Source: Raillietiella orientalis (Eukaryota). From it: DNA of 64,000 nt. The stretch is from the NCBI GenBank assembly GCA_036172245.1, contig JAYWIR010000023.1:1736001-1800000 (forward strand). Direction: 5' to 3'. This document shows positions 28,315-40,720 of the stretch, in pieces. Position numbers and translations under genes: made by a program. The notes beneath the pieces are model-generated. The model was not told the DNA's origin. It saw only the letters and a program-made list of their open reading frames with translations, and did not search any database. Numbering within the stretch: the first letter of the stretch is position 1; each line of letters begins with the position of its first letter.

Positions 28315-28960
28315 CCAAGACGAACTCCGAGACGCGCACTCCAAGGAGTGACCGGAAAGGCCCCGGTCCTTTTACGGGAAGATGTCTTCCTTTCCTTCAC
28401 GCCACTGGGGTCCTTGGTGCAACCTTTAGCTTTGAGGGGTGGCGCATTGCGTGACTTCCCTGCTGCCGGACGCGAAGAACAAAACAAAACAAAACAAAAC
28501 ACACACCAAAAAACGGAACAGTGGTCCACCATCTTTCGAGAAACGCACGGAGCAGCAGCATCCCTGCTAACCCAAGCATTCTTTCGCCGGAGGGACGGAT
28601 GCTTTCACTGCAAGTGGCCGAATTCCTCGATCGCTCGACTGGACGCTCTTCCGCAATCCGACCGCGGGACTCGCTCCCTAGGACACGCGCTGTAAGGCGG
28701 GGGCGTGCGGCAGAAGGCAGGAAGCGAAGCCTTCCGAGGAGCAGCGACCCCGTGACTTCCGAAGAGCGGCGGCACACACGTTCAGACACGCCCTCCACAC
28801 ACGGTGCGCGATACGCCAAGCAGGAGTTCGCCGTCCCTCACAGCTAAAGGTTGCACCAAGACCCCAGTCGCGGGAAGAGAAGGGGGAAAATGCTTTCTCG
28901 TACAAGGACCGGGGTCTTTCCGGTCACTCTCTAGAGTGCGCGTCTCGGAGTTCGTCTCGG
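28315..28960. repeat. Long imperfect inverted repeat: arms 28315-28444 and 28829-28960, spacer about 385 bp
   Basis: Exact complementary blocks include AGACGAACTCCGAGACGCGCACTC (24 nt), GAGTGACCGGAAAG (14 nt), CCCCGGTCCTT (11 nt) and TTGGTGCAACCTTTAGCT (18 nt). Confidence 0.92.
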
Positions 28961-31900
28961 CATCCTTTGCTCTTTCCATCGACTCCCCCCAAATCAGGAT
29001 GCGTTTCGGGAAGAGAAGAGAACGCGTCATCCCCATTCAAGATTGGGAGAGAGGGCTCTTGGGTGCTCGGCCTTCGGGGAGAGCAGCCCACGACTGACGC
29101 TCAACCTTCGCGATGAGAAAGAACTTTTGGAAAAGCAGATTGGCCGCCTGGACGATCCGAATACTTCTCTCTCTTTCTCTCGCGCAGAGCTCACTGGAAA
29201 GGGGATGACCAAAGAAGCTATTGACGAAAATTTGGCAGTAGGATCTTTCCCTCGGGCCTCGCGCGCTGGCGCTTGCGTTTCGTGAGGGGGCCTTTTCGGA
29301 GAGTCAAGAGACTCCAGAAGGTGGCTTCAGGAGATCTGCAGGTGGACAAGTCCAGGGCTACAGGGGCGGAACGAATAAGCCCTCTTCCACCTCGTCCGCC
29401 AGTCCTGGACCAAAGGTGAGGTCCGCGGAGCAGTTCGAAACCGGAGATTCGAGGAAGGGGAAGAAGTCGACTCTGGAGCGTTCCATCTGAAAATCTGGCG
29501 GACGGATCCGCAGCTTCCGTGTGTTCCTCGGTCGCTCCTCAGCATCTTTCCGGCGCGTCCCTCTCCTTGAGAAAAATTGCCCATGCTGGCGCCGCCAGGG
29601 CCCTTTCGCCTTTCGAGCTTTGCTGCCCTCCTCTCCCCCCTCCCCCCGCTCCCTCTCACTTCGCCGGTCTCAGTGGGTGCCAGGCGACCGTATATGTCCG
29701 TCTGCACCTTTGGACCGAGCAGTGGACGACCGCCGGATGGTCGTCCCCAGCCGCCGCCAGCTCCATTGCTCCTGTCGACTCAGCCTCCTTTGCTTTGGGA
29801 AAGGCCCTCCACCCCCTGTTCACGTGCGCGAAGCCCCAAACTTCTCTACGAGCGTGATGCATGCGATCTTGCGGGTCCACCGGCCCCAGGGGTTTTTCCG
29901 AGAGTGGCCTCGATGACGTCGCTGGAGAGACTCAGAGGCGAGACGTCCCTCCCCACCCCCGAGCAGCCAGCGTTTCACACACCTCCCACCCGGGACTCCC
30001 CGCTGCCTTCCTTATTTCCATTTCTTTTCTTGGGGAATGGGAGGAAGAGGACAACTGGCGACATTGACGATGGCGCTCCCTGACCGTTCCACCACCTCGC
30101 CCCCCGGGCGTTCCTCCCCGTGCACCGAGCCGCGCAGCCGAAACAACCGTTCTGCAAATCAGTCAAGGAAATGACATCACTAGGGGCGGTGCCCTCCTTG
30201 AAGAGAGGTGCGCGCGGGCGCAGCGGGACAGAGAGAGATAGGGGGGGGGGGGGGAGGAGAAGGGAGGAACACTACTCGCCTGTAGATTGTGGCGCAACGT
30301 GGCGCCTGTTGAAATGTGACGCGCAAAAGGGTGGCGCGCGCACCTCCAGTTTTGTGAGCTACTCCAGAGCCATCTACTGCAGTTCGGGCGAGAGTCCGCA
30401 AGGAGCGCTGCGGAACGGGGCGAATGTGTGTTCCCCGGAACTTGGGCGCGCACCGATGCTCCCGTGTTGTCCCCCTCCCCCCTTCCCCTCTTCCTTGTCG
30501 GCCCACGGAGACAGCAGACCGTTCTTCCTCCCCTAAAGGCACCGCGCGTCTCCTTGCAGATCGGCGAAGGCGAGCAGCGGCGCTCCCGGTCTCCTGCGAA
30601 AAGGACTGCAGGTGGTCCCGCCAGACCCCACGGCAGCTTGCAGCTGGAGGAAAGAGAAAGCGGGTGAGGAGCAGCGCTCCTTCAGAGATGCAGAGCAGGG
30701 TACAGCCAGCTCAGAGGTCAGGATGCAGCTTCCCCCCTCTTCTCCCTAGGAGGAGTCCGCAGCTCCTCGGATACGTCCCCTCTTCTCCCCTTTCCTTCGC
30801 CGCTGACTTCTCTGAGTTCACGGTGTGCATCCGGAAGTCCCTTACGGGGCCACCGAGCTGCCTTCACTCTTATCTCCCTGCATGAAGAGGGCAGTAGGCG
30901 GACAACACCCAGCAGACCGGAGTGGGAGTGGGAAACACCCTCTCTTCCCTCCCCCTCCGAAAACGGAAACAACAACATCGGAGGAGGCGGAGGGAATTTC
31001 AGGAAAAGAAGACGCGGAGCTGGAACGACTACGAGGGGGGGTGCGCTTGGCCGGAAGCGCCGCTGCTGGAATGGGAATCGGTCCTTCGCGTATAGGGCCC
31101 TCCTACTCCAGCAGACCCCTTCCGCATCACCGCCTTCCTCTTCTTCGGGACCAGCAGCCACAAAGAACAAAGAACTACCCTCCGCAGAGGTGACCAGCGC
31201 ACGGCGGTTTCACAGGAGGGGGAAGAGGAGGAGGGAGACGTGCTGGATTTTCAGGAAGAAGCCTCCCGGGAACGATCGCATGTGTCACTCAGAGCGCCAC
31301 ACCGCTCACGCCCTTTCCGAAGGCACTCTAGAGGCAGCCTCGGCGCCTTCGTCGCAAGGTTCAACCACCCTCTGCCGCTGGCGCCATCCTCCGACACCGG
31401 CGGTCCTCAAGGAAGTTCCATCCACCCCCCCACCCCCCGGCTCGACCATCGCAGTCCTCGCGCGGCGTCCGCAGCTCGCGGCCTGCCGATTGCTTCCTGG
31501 GATTCTGCTGGTAGTGCCACCGGCGGTTGGATCGGACTTCCGATCTCAGCGAAGCATCTCTACCGGAAGGACTCCGGACCACCGACTTTACCCCTCTGGG
31601 ACGGCCTCTCGTCTTCCCGCAGGAACCGCCACGCGACCGAGAGCGAGACTCGCTTTCCGTCTTCCTTTGGAAACGGGACAAGGGGAGGAAGGGTCTGCAG
31701 GGGAGGCAATCCCGCGGCCCGGGAGCGGGAAACGCTGCCTGTCCTCCATATGCGCGCCTCCTCTACTCTGGACCGATCAGGAACGCCTCCTGCACCGCCG
31801 GAGGTCCGCGCCGGTCGAGTCCGAGCTGCTCGCCGGTATATGTGCGGCGTGGGACTCGCCTCGACCGCAAACACGGAGACCTTCGCCCCTTTGACACGCT

Positions 31901-32633
31901 CGCGCAAGGGGAAGAGGCGTTCCGCGGTCGAGGCACCATCCGATGGGCGGCGGCTGGCCGTGCAAAACCACGACTGCATGGAAACTACGCTCTCGCCGCG
32001 CACGAGCACCGCCTCCGCTGGTTTTTTCCTCCGTGCCCCCTTCCTTTCCTCCCGGCGAGCTCCTCTCCCGGAAAACCGCAGCTGCCTCCTCCTTTGTAGA
32101 GGTCCATCGAAGGATCGGAAGCCGAAGGAGGCAGAGTACTGCCGGGTGTTTTCGCGGAGGTCCAGCTGGCCGCCGGAGGCGGACCGAGATGACCGAAACG
32201 TTTCGTTCTGTTCCCGAGCCCCACGCTTCGGGAGAAAGGGAACCCCTGCTGACGCACCGGATCATTCCTAAGCTTCCCCCCTGGAACACCTGGTCCACGG
32301 GTCCATCCCGGAGGAAGAGCATCATCTGCGACGAGCGATCCTCTCGCACGACCCCAGAAAACGCAGCCCCCTCTCCCTCGATGTCCTTTCTCCTCCAGAA
32401 TTCCAAGGCATCTGCTGCCCTGGCTCTGCGGATGCAAGCTTCCTGTAGCAACGGGATGTCGCAGAATTGGTTCAGGAGACCCAAAGGCCTGGCTCCTGTG
32501 AGGGAAAAAGAGAAAAGGTAGAGGTAAGTTTTTCGCTTTCTTTTTTTCCTGGATTCCGGCGTGTGCTTACGCCCCCTGCGTGGTTGTCTTAGGAGGAGGA
32601 GGGGGGATCACGTCAGATCCGAAGGGCACTGGC

Positions 32634-32654
32634 TGTTGTTGTTGTTGTTGTTGT
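32634..32654. repeat. (TGT)7 microsatellite
   Basis: Read directly from the sequence. Confidence 0.9.
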
Positions 32655-33651
32655 TTTTTGGAGGAAGGAGGGGGAGGACAATTTCTTTTCCCAGTGGAAG
32701 CGCTCCTCCGTCGAAGCCTCCCTCCCCGAACTGCCATCCACATTTCCGGGAGATGGGTCCCGCCCTACTGTGGGGGAGGAGGGGGCACTTCTTGTACCCC
32801 TCGAAACAAGCCACGGATACGAGCCGTTTCCAGACGCCCTTGGGTTTAGGACGTGCTGCGTGCGCCCCTCCCCCAAGGAGACTCCCTCCGACTCCCGAAG
32901 GACCGCCCCTAATGAGCCCCATCTCCCGTGGGAATCTCGCGTGCCAGGTGGATACGGACCTCCACGCAGCCTCATCAAGAAAGAGAGGCTCTGGATAGCT
33001 TCCCCCTCTTTGGGAACCACTGAGCGACGGTGCAACCTCCAGTGGAAGGGGAGCCATCCCAGCCGCCGCCTTCCTCCCCCGGATCCCTGAGCCGCGGAAC
33101 AATCGCCCTTCCGCACCTCGGCCGATGAAATGGGGCCCCCGCGGGCTTCTTCTGCCTCCCAAATCGAACCCCCTTCGGCCATGGGATGTCCCTCTGCATC
33201 TCCCGATTCCTCTTTTGCTGCTTCTTGCTCCCTGCTCTGTGGTCCAAACATCCTCTGCGCGGGTCGCTTCTTCACGCAAGGTCAGTCGCCGACGCTGCGG
33301 TCTGGTCTTCTTCTTTGAGGGAGACCGATTCCCGGAACGATGTCCTGCATCCCGAAAGCCCCTCTCCTTCCCGATCGAGTTTCCCCTTCTCGGCCGTTCC
33401 CCCTCCGTCTGTTGCTTCTCCGGGAGGCACGAAGCTGCGCGCGCCCCTCGCAGGCACCCCGCTGCACTGATCCCCCTTGCCGCTGACGACGGGCACCTCC
33501 TAGGAGCACAAGAGATCCCCGCCCTCCCTCATCTCCCTGTGGGGAACTCGCAGAATTCGCAACAGCGGCCGGTCGCTGATCCCACGACTCCCCGACTTCA
33601 CTGCTCTCCCGCCCGCTTTCGGGTCCTTGCACCTCTGGCGTCGCGGGCGTC

Positions 33652-33706
33652 GGAGGAAGGAGAGCGAGGGAGGGAAGGAGGGAGAGAGAGAGAGGGAGAG
33701 AGGAAG
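33652..33706. repeat. Polypurine GA-rich tract
   Basis: ggaggaaggagagcgagggagggaaggagggagagagagagagggagagaggaag. Confidence 0.8.
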
Positions 33707-33930
33707 CACCATGCCTGGATCCCTCCTCCTCATCTTTGGATCCGAGTGTTCCCCTTCGACGACTTCAGACTATCAGAGACGAGCCTCTCCCTGTTCCTCC
33801 TGGTTTCCCCCGTTCGTGGGGTCAAAGAGCTCGGCCATGCAACCGGGCGGTCCTTTCGCTCGTAGCTGAAAGAACGAAACAACGGGAGACGGGAGCGAGA
33901 AAATGCTGCGGCTGCGATGGGCACGATCTC

Positions 33931-33959
33931 AAGTCTCCGGGGATGTCCCCCGGAGACTT
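33931..33959. repeat. Perfect 12-bp inverted repeat with a 5-nt loop
   Basis: AAGTCTCCGGGG-ATGTC-CCCCGGAGACTT. Confidence 0.85.
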
Positions 33960-35699
33960 CCGGTTTGTCCGTTCGGTGTGGTTCCCCTGGAACGACTCGC
34001 AGGGATAGCGAAGCGCTGCGGTGGTGTTGACCTGCGCGCCCTTTAATTGAAAGCCGCCGCAACCGGCGGGCTGATGGCGGGGGCGCGAACGGCCCCTGCG
34101 ATCGGCACGCGGCCGCGCGTGCGGAGAGCATCCCTGCTCCTGACATCCCTTCCGATATGATGCGCATCACTGCCCACCCCTCTCCCTCCCACCCGCCTGA
34201 GGGGGGAGTTGTAACCCCCCTCCCCTAACTCATGCCTGGAAGGTCCACACACTTAAGGCTGCTTCGCCACAGTCGGGTCGCCGTTGCGAAAGTTCCCTCC
34301 GGCGCCCCTACGTGTGGCGAAGGTACTCCGCAGCGAAGGCAAGAGGGATCCCGCCTACTCGAGCGTCGACTCCGCCCCTGCAGGACGGTCTCCCGTCCTC
34401 CCCTAGGAACAGCCAAGCAACTCAGGGCGAGACTCGCCTTCGTCTTCTCTTGGAAATGGGGCAAGAGAGGGAAGACCTGTAGGGGTGGCGGGCCTGCAGT
34501 CCGGGAGCGGGGGGCTTGCAGGGAACGCTGCCTACCCTCCGCATTCCTCCTTCTCGAATGACTCGGGGTAGAAGGGGAGGAGGAACGTCAACTTCTCTCC
34601 CTCCCTAAGGTTGCCGGATGCATTTCGAACGGATTTTCCGAGTGATCCGACCTCTTCATCCTAGTCAAGCACCTCCTCCCAGGAAGTTCCGAGGAATCCC
34701 TAACAAGCTCGTCAGGAATCGATTTTTCTGGAAAGATGAGATGAGACAACGCGCCGTTGCAGACGTAGTAACCAGCTTCGGTTCTTTGGTGAAGGACGGC
34801 ACAAAAAAAAAAGAAATAGTGACGAGTCACCATGCACTACGATGCATTGACACTTACAACCGCGATAATTCCATATGCCAAGGCAGGGATGACCTTTCCG
34901 GCCAAACATGCTATCGAGAACCCACGTTCAAAGGGGAGTTTTTGGTCCCGGACTCGATCAAGCAGAGAGGATGAAAGCAATCGACAAGGATGGAACAGAG
35001 CACCTTGAAAAGTGGAAAAGCGTGCGCCACTAGGCCGCATCCTGAATCCTTTGTTTTGGTTTTTCCATCAAAATGATTCGTTAAGGATACAACGATTTCG
35101 CAACCCTCACGCCTCGATCGAGGTCGCGACCTCTTCGCGACAGAAAAGAGGATGATGCTTCTTTGCCTTTTCTTTTGTTCGCAACTCCGATCATCGCCCC
35201 AACGCAAAATTGACCCCCCTGTCCTCTCCCTTCCCCCCCCCCCCCCAACTTCATAACAACAATGTGCCTCCTAAAAGCTCCGAAGATCACTTTTACACAG
35301 ATAAAGAACCAGTTCACGAATTTCACGGTTGAATGTGGATTCACCTTGCTCCCCGTGTGAGCAGAGCCCACAAGAAGTAATGCGGAATCCTCAATCGCTG
35401 CGGGTGAAATTGGGACCTGACCAGTTGGTCAACCTCAGCAAGGCTCGATGGAAAAATGGAGGCTGTGGTCCCCAAACTAACCAACACCGGAAGAACACTG
35501 AAGACTCCGCCAGAACCTAGTGCTCCTGAACTAGGGTCGATCCATCCTTACTCGACCCGTCCGTGAGAGCACGAGAGAGAAGCGAGGCCAAACACCGGAA
35601 ACTGTTTCTCCTGCTCGCCGAAAGAGGACTGGCTTCGGTGAAAGCACCAGTGGTAGGAAGTCCTGGGGGGCTGGGATCTGAAGGAACGACAAGGTCCTC

Positions 35700-36160
35700 A
35701 GAAAACCCGAGATCCTTTGCACTCAGGCAGGAAATACGAAGAGGGTGGCCTGCACCCCAGTATATGGCATGCATTGAGGGCATTTTGGGCCAAATGCCGG
35801 GATGAACGAGCCTTCGGCAGGATGACAATGCAGTGGAAAGTGTGGCGAACTTTCCCCGACATCTATGGCAAAAGCAAGATTGAAAATGGAAAGAATCACA
35901 GTGCACATCTTTCATGGAACATGAAAATTTTGATATTCCAGCAGCCGCTTTGTTGCTTAGGCTGTGAAAAACAGAGTTGCAAGCAAAGATGTAGCGGATG
36001 AAGGCATTCTCCAACAACAAAGAATAATCACGTGGAAAAATCAAACGTACTATAGAAATCAAACCTCCCACTGAAGATTATATAGGATACAGCTAAGAGA
36101 GTGATGGGAGTTGTTTCTGGCGTCCCGTGGAAAACAGATACCTGACCGTTGTAAATGAGA
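35700..36160 (+). mobile_element. Degenerate Ty3/Gypsy LTR-retrotransposon pol fragment (RNase H-integrase linker and start of integrase)
   Basis: Frameshifted peptides ALRQEIRRGWP, ALRAFWAKCRDE, NHSAHL and RYLTVVN resemble, in the right order, the Gypsy motifs L...I..GWP, LRPYW..RDEL, LH..HLG and YLVVVD. Confidence 0.5.
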
Positions 36161-37402
36161 CTTTCATTGCCTCAAAAAGCACTGACTATCAGCAACAAGC
36201 ATCTGTACGCCACAGAACTCGTGCAGGAGTGTAGATCCGTCTTCCGTACGGTATACCTGATGTTCGCTTTCGTTATCTTAGAGTAGAATCACAAACAAAC
36301 AGACTCGTAAGTTTTTGTAAATAAACCCGAAATCAATATCTCTTGTTTGTGATCTTAAAAAGATCTGTGCCATTTTTCTCTCTGACCTTGACAGTGACAT
36401 TGCCTCTGACTTGACGACTGCACCCCCTTCTAATCCCGACTGTGTTATCTTCGCTTTTTGTGTTCCACACTTCCTGTCCTCTGCAGCAGAACTCAATAAA
36501 AGCAGCTTCGACTCTTGCAAGACTGTAGCTAGGTTCCAAGACACTGACCATTGCCCAAACGTTCGAAATTCTCTTTGTTTGCATTTCGAGAGAAACTTCA
36601 TATCTTTCCCTCGGCTATTGGATTCGACGGACAAAAAGTAAATAAAGGAGATTCATCCATAATTTGCTTGTAACAAATATTCCCAGCATGTTTTTTTCAA
36701 GAATGACTCTCACAACTTCTCACATACACGAATGGATGAACAAAACCTATCAATACAATTTTAGTCGTCAAGGGATTAGGAGGGGAAAATAATCTGGAAA
36801 TAAACAAATACATGCCGAATCCAATAATTACTTTAATATCTCAGTATCGTTCCAGTTTTAGTATATGCACAGCCGAAGCGTGTACGTGTGATATCTCACA
36901 AGCTTCCATGACCATATTACAAAAATCATGCCCTCTTGGGCGAATGATAGCTTCATTCACAAGTCTGGAAGCAATAAGGAAAAAAAAACATATGAAATGT
37001 GCAAAATAGCTTTAAACTCAAAGTTCCCAGCAACTAAGACACATTTGGTGCACTAAACCTTATTTTAAGCAGGCATCTCTTTCGAACATTACACGTCTTA
37101 AGCAGCACGGTGCAGTCCGAATAACTGAAACCTGTTTGCCGTGCTGCATCAAGCACAAATCACTGACAATGGTAATCATCAATTGGAGTACGTGAGGTTT
37201 CACAGAAAATAGAAAAACAAGGAAACATCGTTGCATTCTAGATGACAACGAAATATCGGCAGACCTTTCACCCTTGGTATGCAGGTGTAAATAGAATACT
37301 CTGACGAAAAATTGAAACAGTTGCATGAATGCAACGAAGAACTGAGCAATGAACAAGCAGGGTTTCGCTTCACACAGAAGTTACTAAAACAAGTTGTGCA
37401 GA

Positions 37403-38383
37403 CCGCCATTGCATGTGCCAAGGGGGCATACGGAAGCAGTTGTTCGCATTCGTGAACAAAGCAATGCAGCCATCGAGTAACTCAGTAGAGCGTGGGCAGG
37501 ACGAACCTCCCTCGCCGCGGCGCTGCTCTCCCTCAGGGAACACCTGGGTAGCAGCATCGCGGCGAAATGGGAAGTTAAGGCAGCCATCTCCGGAAGGGAG
37601 AAAGGACTAGGCGAGTGGAAGACGGACCAGCTCACCAACGCTGCGACCCCGAGTACGCCGCCCCACGGACTCTTGCACTGGGGCGAGCTGCTGGATGTTT
37701 CGGTGGAACACCCGGAGTGGCCCTCGGTGCTTATGGACACGTGTACCCTCCCCATGAAGTGGCAACAGTCGGCGCTACTGGTGCTGCATTGGAGTCTCCC
37801 TTGCAACGCCCGCCGTCACCACTGGATGCGGGGGGGTATCGACCCTAATTGTGTTAGGTGCAGGGAGTGGGAATCACTCCCCCACCTGTTAGTGGATTGT
37901 GTTGCCCTCCGGCCCTTCTGGGAACACTTTGCCGCTGCCCGGGGAACCCCCGCAGGCAACTCCAGGGACGCTTTAAAACCCCTCTTCGTTCGCCACGCCC
38001 TTCGGCCAGTGGCCTCCCTTGCATCGTCGCTGCATGGAGCAATGCAACGGGAGGACCCAGCGATAGGGATGCCAGCGAATACGGAGTCCTCTTCCTGAGG
38101 ATTGCGACTCGATGACCCCACCTGGATGTAAACATGCAGTTAGACCTTGCCGACATCCTGGAGGATAGATCGGACTGCCACAAGCAGACAGCGATCCCTT
38201 CCCGTACCCCCAAACTGTATTTATTTATTTATTTATTTTCTTTTTTTTTTCCTTCTCCTCTGCTGCCGTGGTGGACCGCGCAGGTCTGCGTACCGGCGAC
38301 CCTGCAGGTCTCTTTGAAATTGGGCATGTTGGACCACTGGTCCAGGCACAGTTTTCTCGGTAAAAAGTTTATGAAGATAAACT
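37403..38383 (+). mobile_element. 5'-truncated L1/Tx1-clade non-LTR retrotransposon 3' end (zf-RVT region of ORF2 plus T-rich 3' UTR)
   Basis: ORF 37673..38098 reads WPSVLMDTCTLPMKWQQSALLVLHWSLPCNARRHHWMRGGIDPNCVRCREWESLPHLLVDCVALRPFW, matching the zf-RVT pattern (LH..LP...R...CxxC...E...HLL..C...FW). The same frame extends upstream to about 37403 with one stop. It is a GC-rich island in AT-rich flanks, followed by a (TTTA)n/T-rich tract. Confidence 0.8.
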
Positions 38384-40540
38384 TTGCCCCGGCGCACCCG
38401 GGTGGAAATCGAGTAACTCGGAAGGCAAGGGTTCTTCTAAGGAACTCGACATGCATCCACAGATCCACACTATTCAAGCAATGTGTGACCAAGGCAATAT
38501 TTGCAATGGTATTATAAGTGTGGGATCCAAGTGCATGGGGAGGTAGACATCAAGAATCGTATCTTAATGTTTCCGATTGGATTCTGGGAAAGCTTACAGT
38601 GGTCAACCCGCAAGCTTTTTTTTTCGGTATGCTATTTCCATTGCTGCCACGGAGGGTTTCCAACGCTCTATACAACCGTTTCTGAAGGTGCTCCCTAATT
38701 CGCATGCGACTCTCCAGTCTTTTGACTTCGCACCTGAAAGCGTAGCGTGGTCTCATTCTTCCATAACAGGACGAAGACTCCGCCATAAAAGCTTGAAGTT
38801 TGCCTGGATGACAAATTCGGCATAAGCAAAAGAAAGCAGATAGGAATACCGGGAAGAATCCTCAGCACTCTCTGTGAGCGAAGTTCTTCACTGCTTGAAC
38901 TTCAAGATTCACGGTTGAATGTGGAGTTCAAGACTCGGTCTCCGTTACAAGGATCGAACTGAAATACTCCAAGTTTGCAATTTATTTGCGCAATTTTTTT
39001 TTCCAGCGCCAAGGATAGACCAGAGAACTAATCATTATGATTTTTTATTTTGAAAAAAACGCGGAAATTGTCGTAAAGTATTTTGCCGCAAACAGATGGC
39101 ATTTATGAATAGCTGACTGGAACCATCAACCAAAAGAACCTAAAGGACATTCTGATTCGATGACGAACCTTCAAATCTGCAACGGATCAACGAAGCAGTC
39201 AGTTCACGTGCACAGTTTACGGATTGATTTTTTACACATCAAGATGGAGTTCACTTGGTTTTAGGAAGAAATAAATGATCAAAACATTCTCGTTCTTTGC
39301 TCACAAGCATAATTAACACGGCGCTGAGGCCAAAACTTTTCAGTCAGCCATTATGAAGCAGGGGATCAAGCTTAGGCCGAAAGGTACATCAGATTAATGG
39401 CGACAATTTAGAAGGAATTTGATATGGTGCAAATTTGCACAACAGAAGATGAGTGTATGGAGCTCTTCATGAAAACTGTGATTCATGATCCTTTGGGGAG
39501 GGGGAGGGGGGCGTGTGAAATCTTGAGATTTCAGTTTTGATGCACAGTGGGGCATCAGAACTGCCTATTGGTATGGAGAACAAAGAAATGCTTAAGTTTC
39601 ATTCAACATGCTACGCAGCCTCACTCGTTTCTTATGTACTTTTATCACTTTTGAAACAGCACACACATGCACAGTGAAATCGCGCGGACAACAAACTACT
39701 GCTGTATCAAAGAAAATTAGAAACTGGTCACTTATGGACGAACTTTTCAGGAGTGATTCACCTTGATGGTCGGGTGGTGGCATTCACAAACAACAGAGAG
39801 TATAAAGAGCCAACTCGATTCCTCGAGACGTAAACTGCATCATGCAATTTGAACATCGGATCGTGTTAAAACATATACACTGGCTGCGCCAGAAAGGAGG
39901 GATTCAATCGGCATGTTATTCCTGCACCTCTTTCGTCTGTTTCTTAACTTTGGACCGTGTGTACTGCAAACTCTCGAGGAGGATCAACTTTGGCAAGTTT
40001 CAACACTTGTAGAATCTATTTTCTGCCCATTACATCTTTGAAAAGATGGGACCCTCAGTTTATACATCAATTATTAATTTGTTCGAGAAAGAGAGTCCTA
40101 TGGACACACAACACTGCAATGAACACTCTGCAATCTGTCGACTCGAATTCGAAGTAGCGATGGAGCTCTGAGAACTTTTCTTTGAAAACCCCAAAAAACT
40201 ATTTTGCAGTAGTCCATTTATCTTAGCCTTTTTAAAGTATCCCTAATCCGTCAAAGCAGGAAAAAATAAAACTCAAATTCACTTTGTGTAAAGTTAAAAC
40301 TACTACAAACTAACTAACTCGATTGCTTGCTTATAATACGAGCGGAATGCAAAATTCCTGCGAACGCAATTTCGAAATATTTTTTTTTTTTTTTTTTACA
40401 ATTACTTGGTCTAGACTTAGATTTACAGTTCTCGCGATTTCAGGTATCGGAATCCAAGTTTTGATCCACGTTGTCCTTAAAGTCTTTAACGATGAAGAAA
40501 TGTAATGAAATCAATGGTCCGCAAATATGGTAAGTACTAT

Positions 40541-40720
40541 TACAGGGTGCGACCAAAAGTTCCCTCATTTTGACCAAAAGTTCAAAATGAGTAACCAGCC
40601 AATATATGCCAGTGAAAACGGTCTTGGTTTTGTAGTTTATAGGAATCCCCCCAAAATGGTCCAAATTGTGCCAGGTGGCGAACATTAAAACGTGTACTTA
40701 TTTTGGACAAACGTTGGTCC
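40541..40720 (+). mobile_element. Possible Tc1/mariner-type terminal fragment or MITE remnant
   Basis: Begins TA|CAGGGTGCGACCAAAAGTT, like Tc1/mariner ends; contains two copies of GACCAAAAGTTC and a 10-bp inverted repeat CTCATTTTGA/TCAAAATGAG. No clean second TIR found. Confidence 0.3.

Noticed and set aside
158..34600. Numerous long ORFs (up to 343 aa) in the GC-rich zone
   Set aside because: They overlap in all six frames, are R/G/P/S-rich and show no recognisable domains, as expected from stop-codon scarcity at high GC.
37295..37335. CTGACGA...GAAAC hammerhead-ribozyme-like core
   Set aside because: No stem III with an NUH cleavage site and no stem I; other CTGANGA sites I checked also failed.
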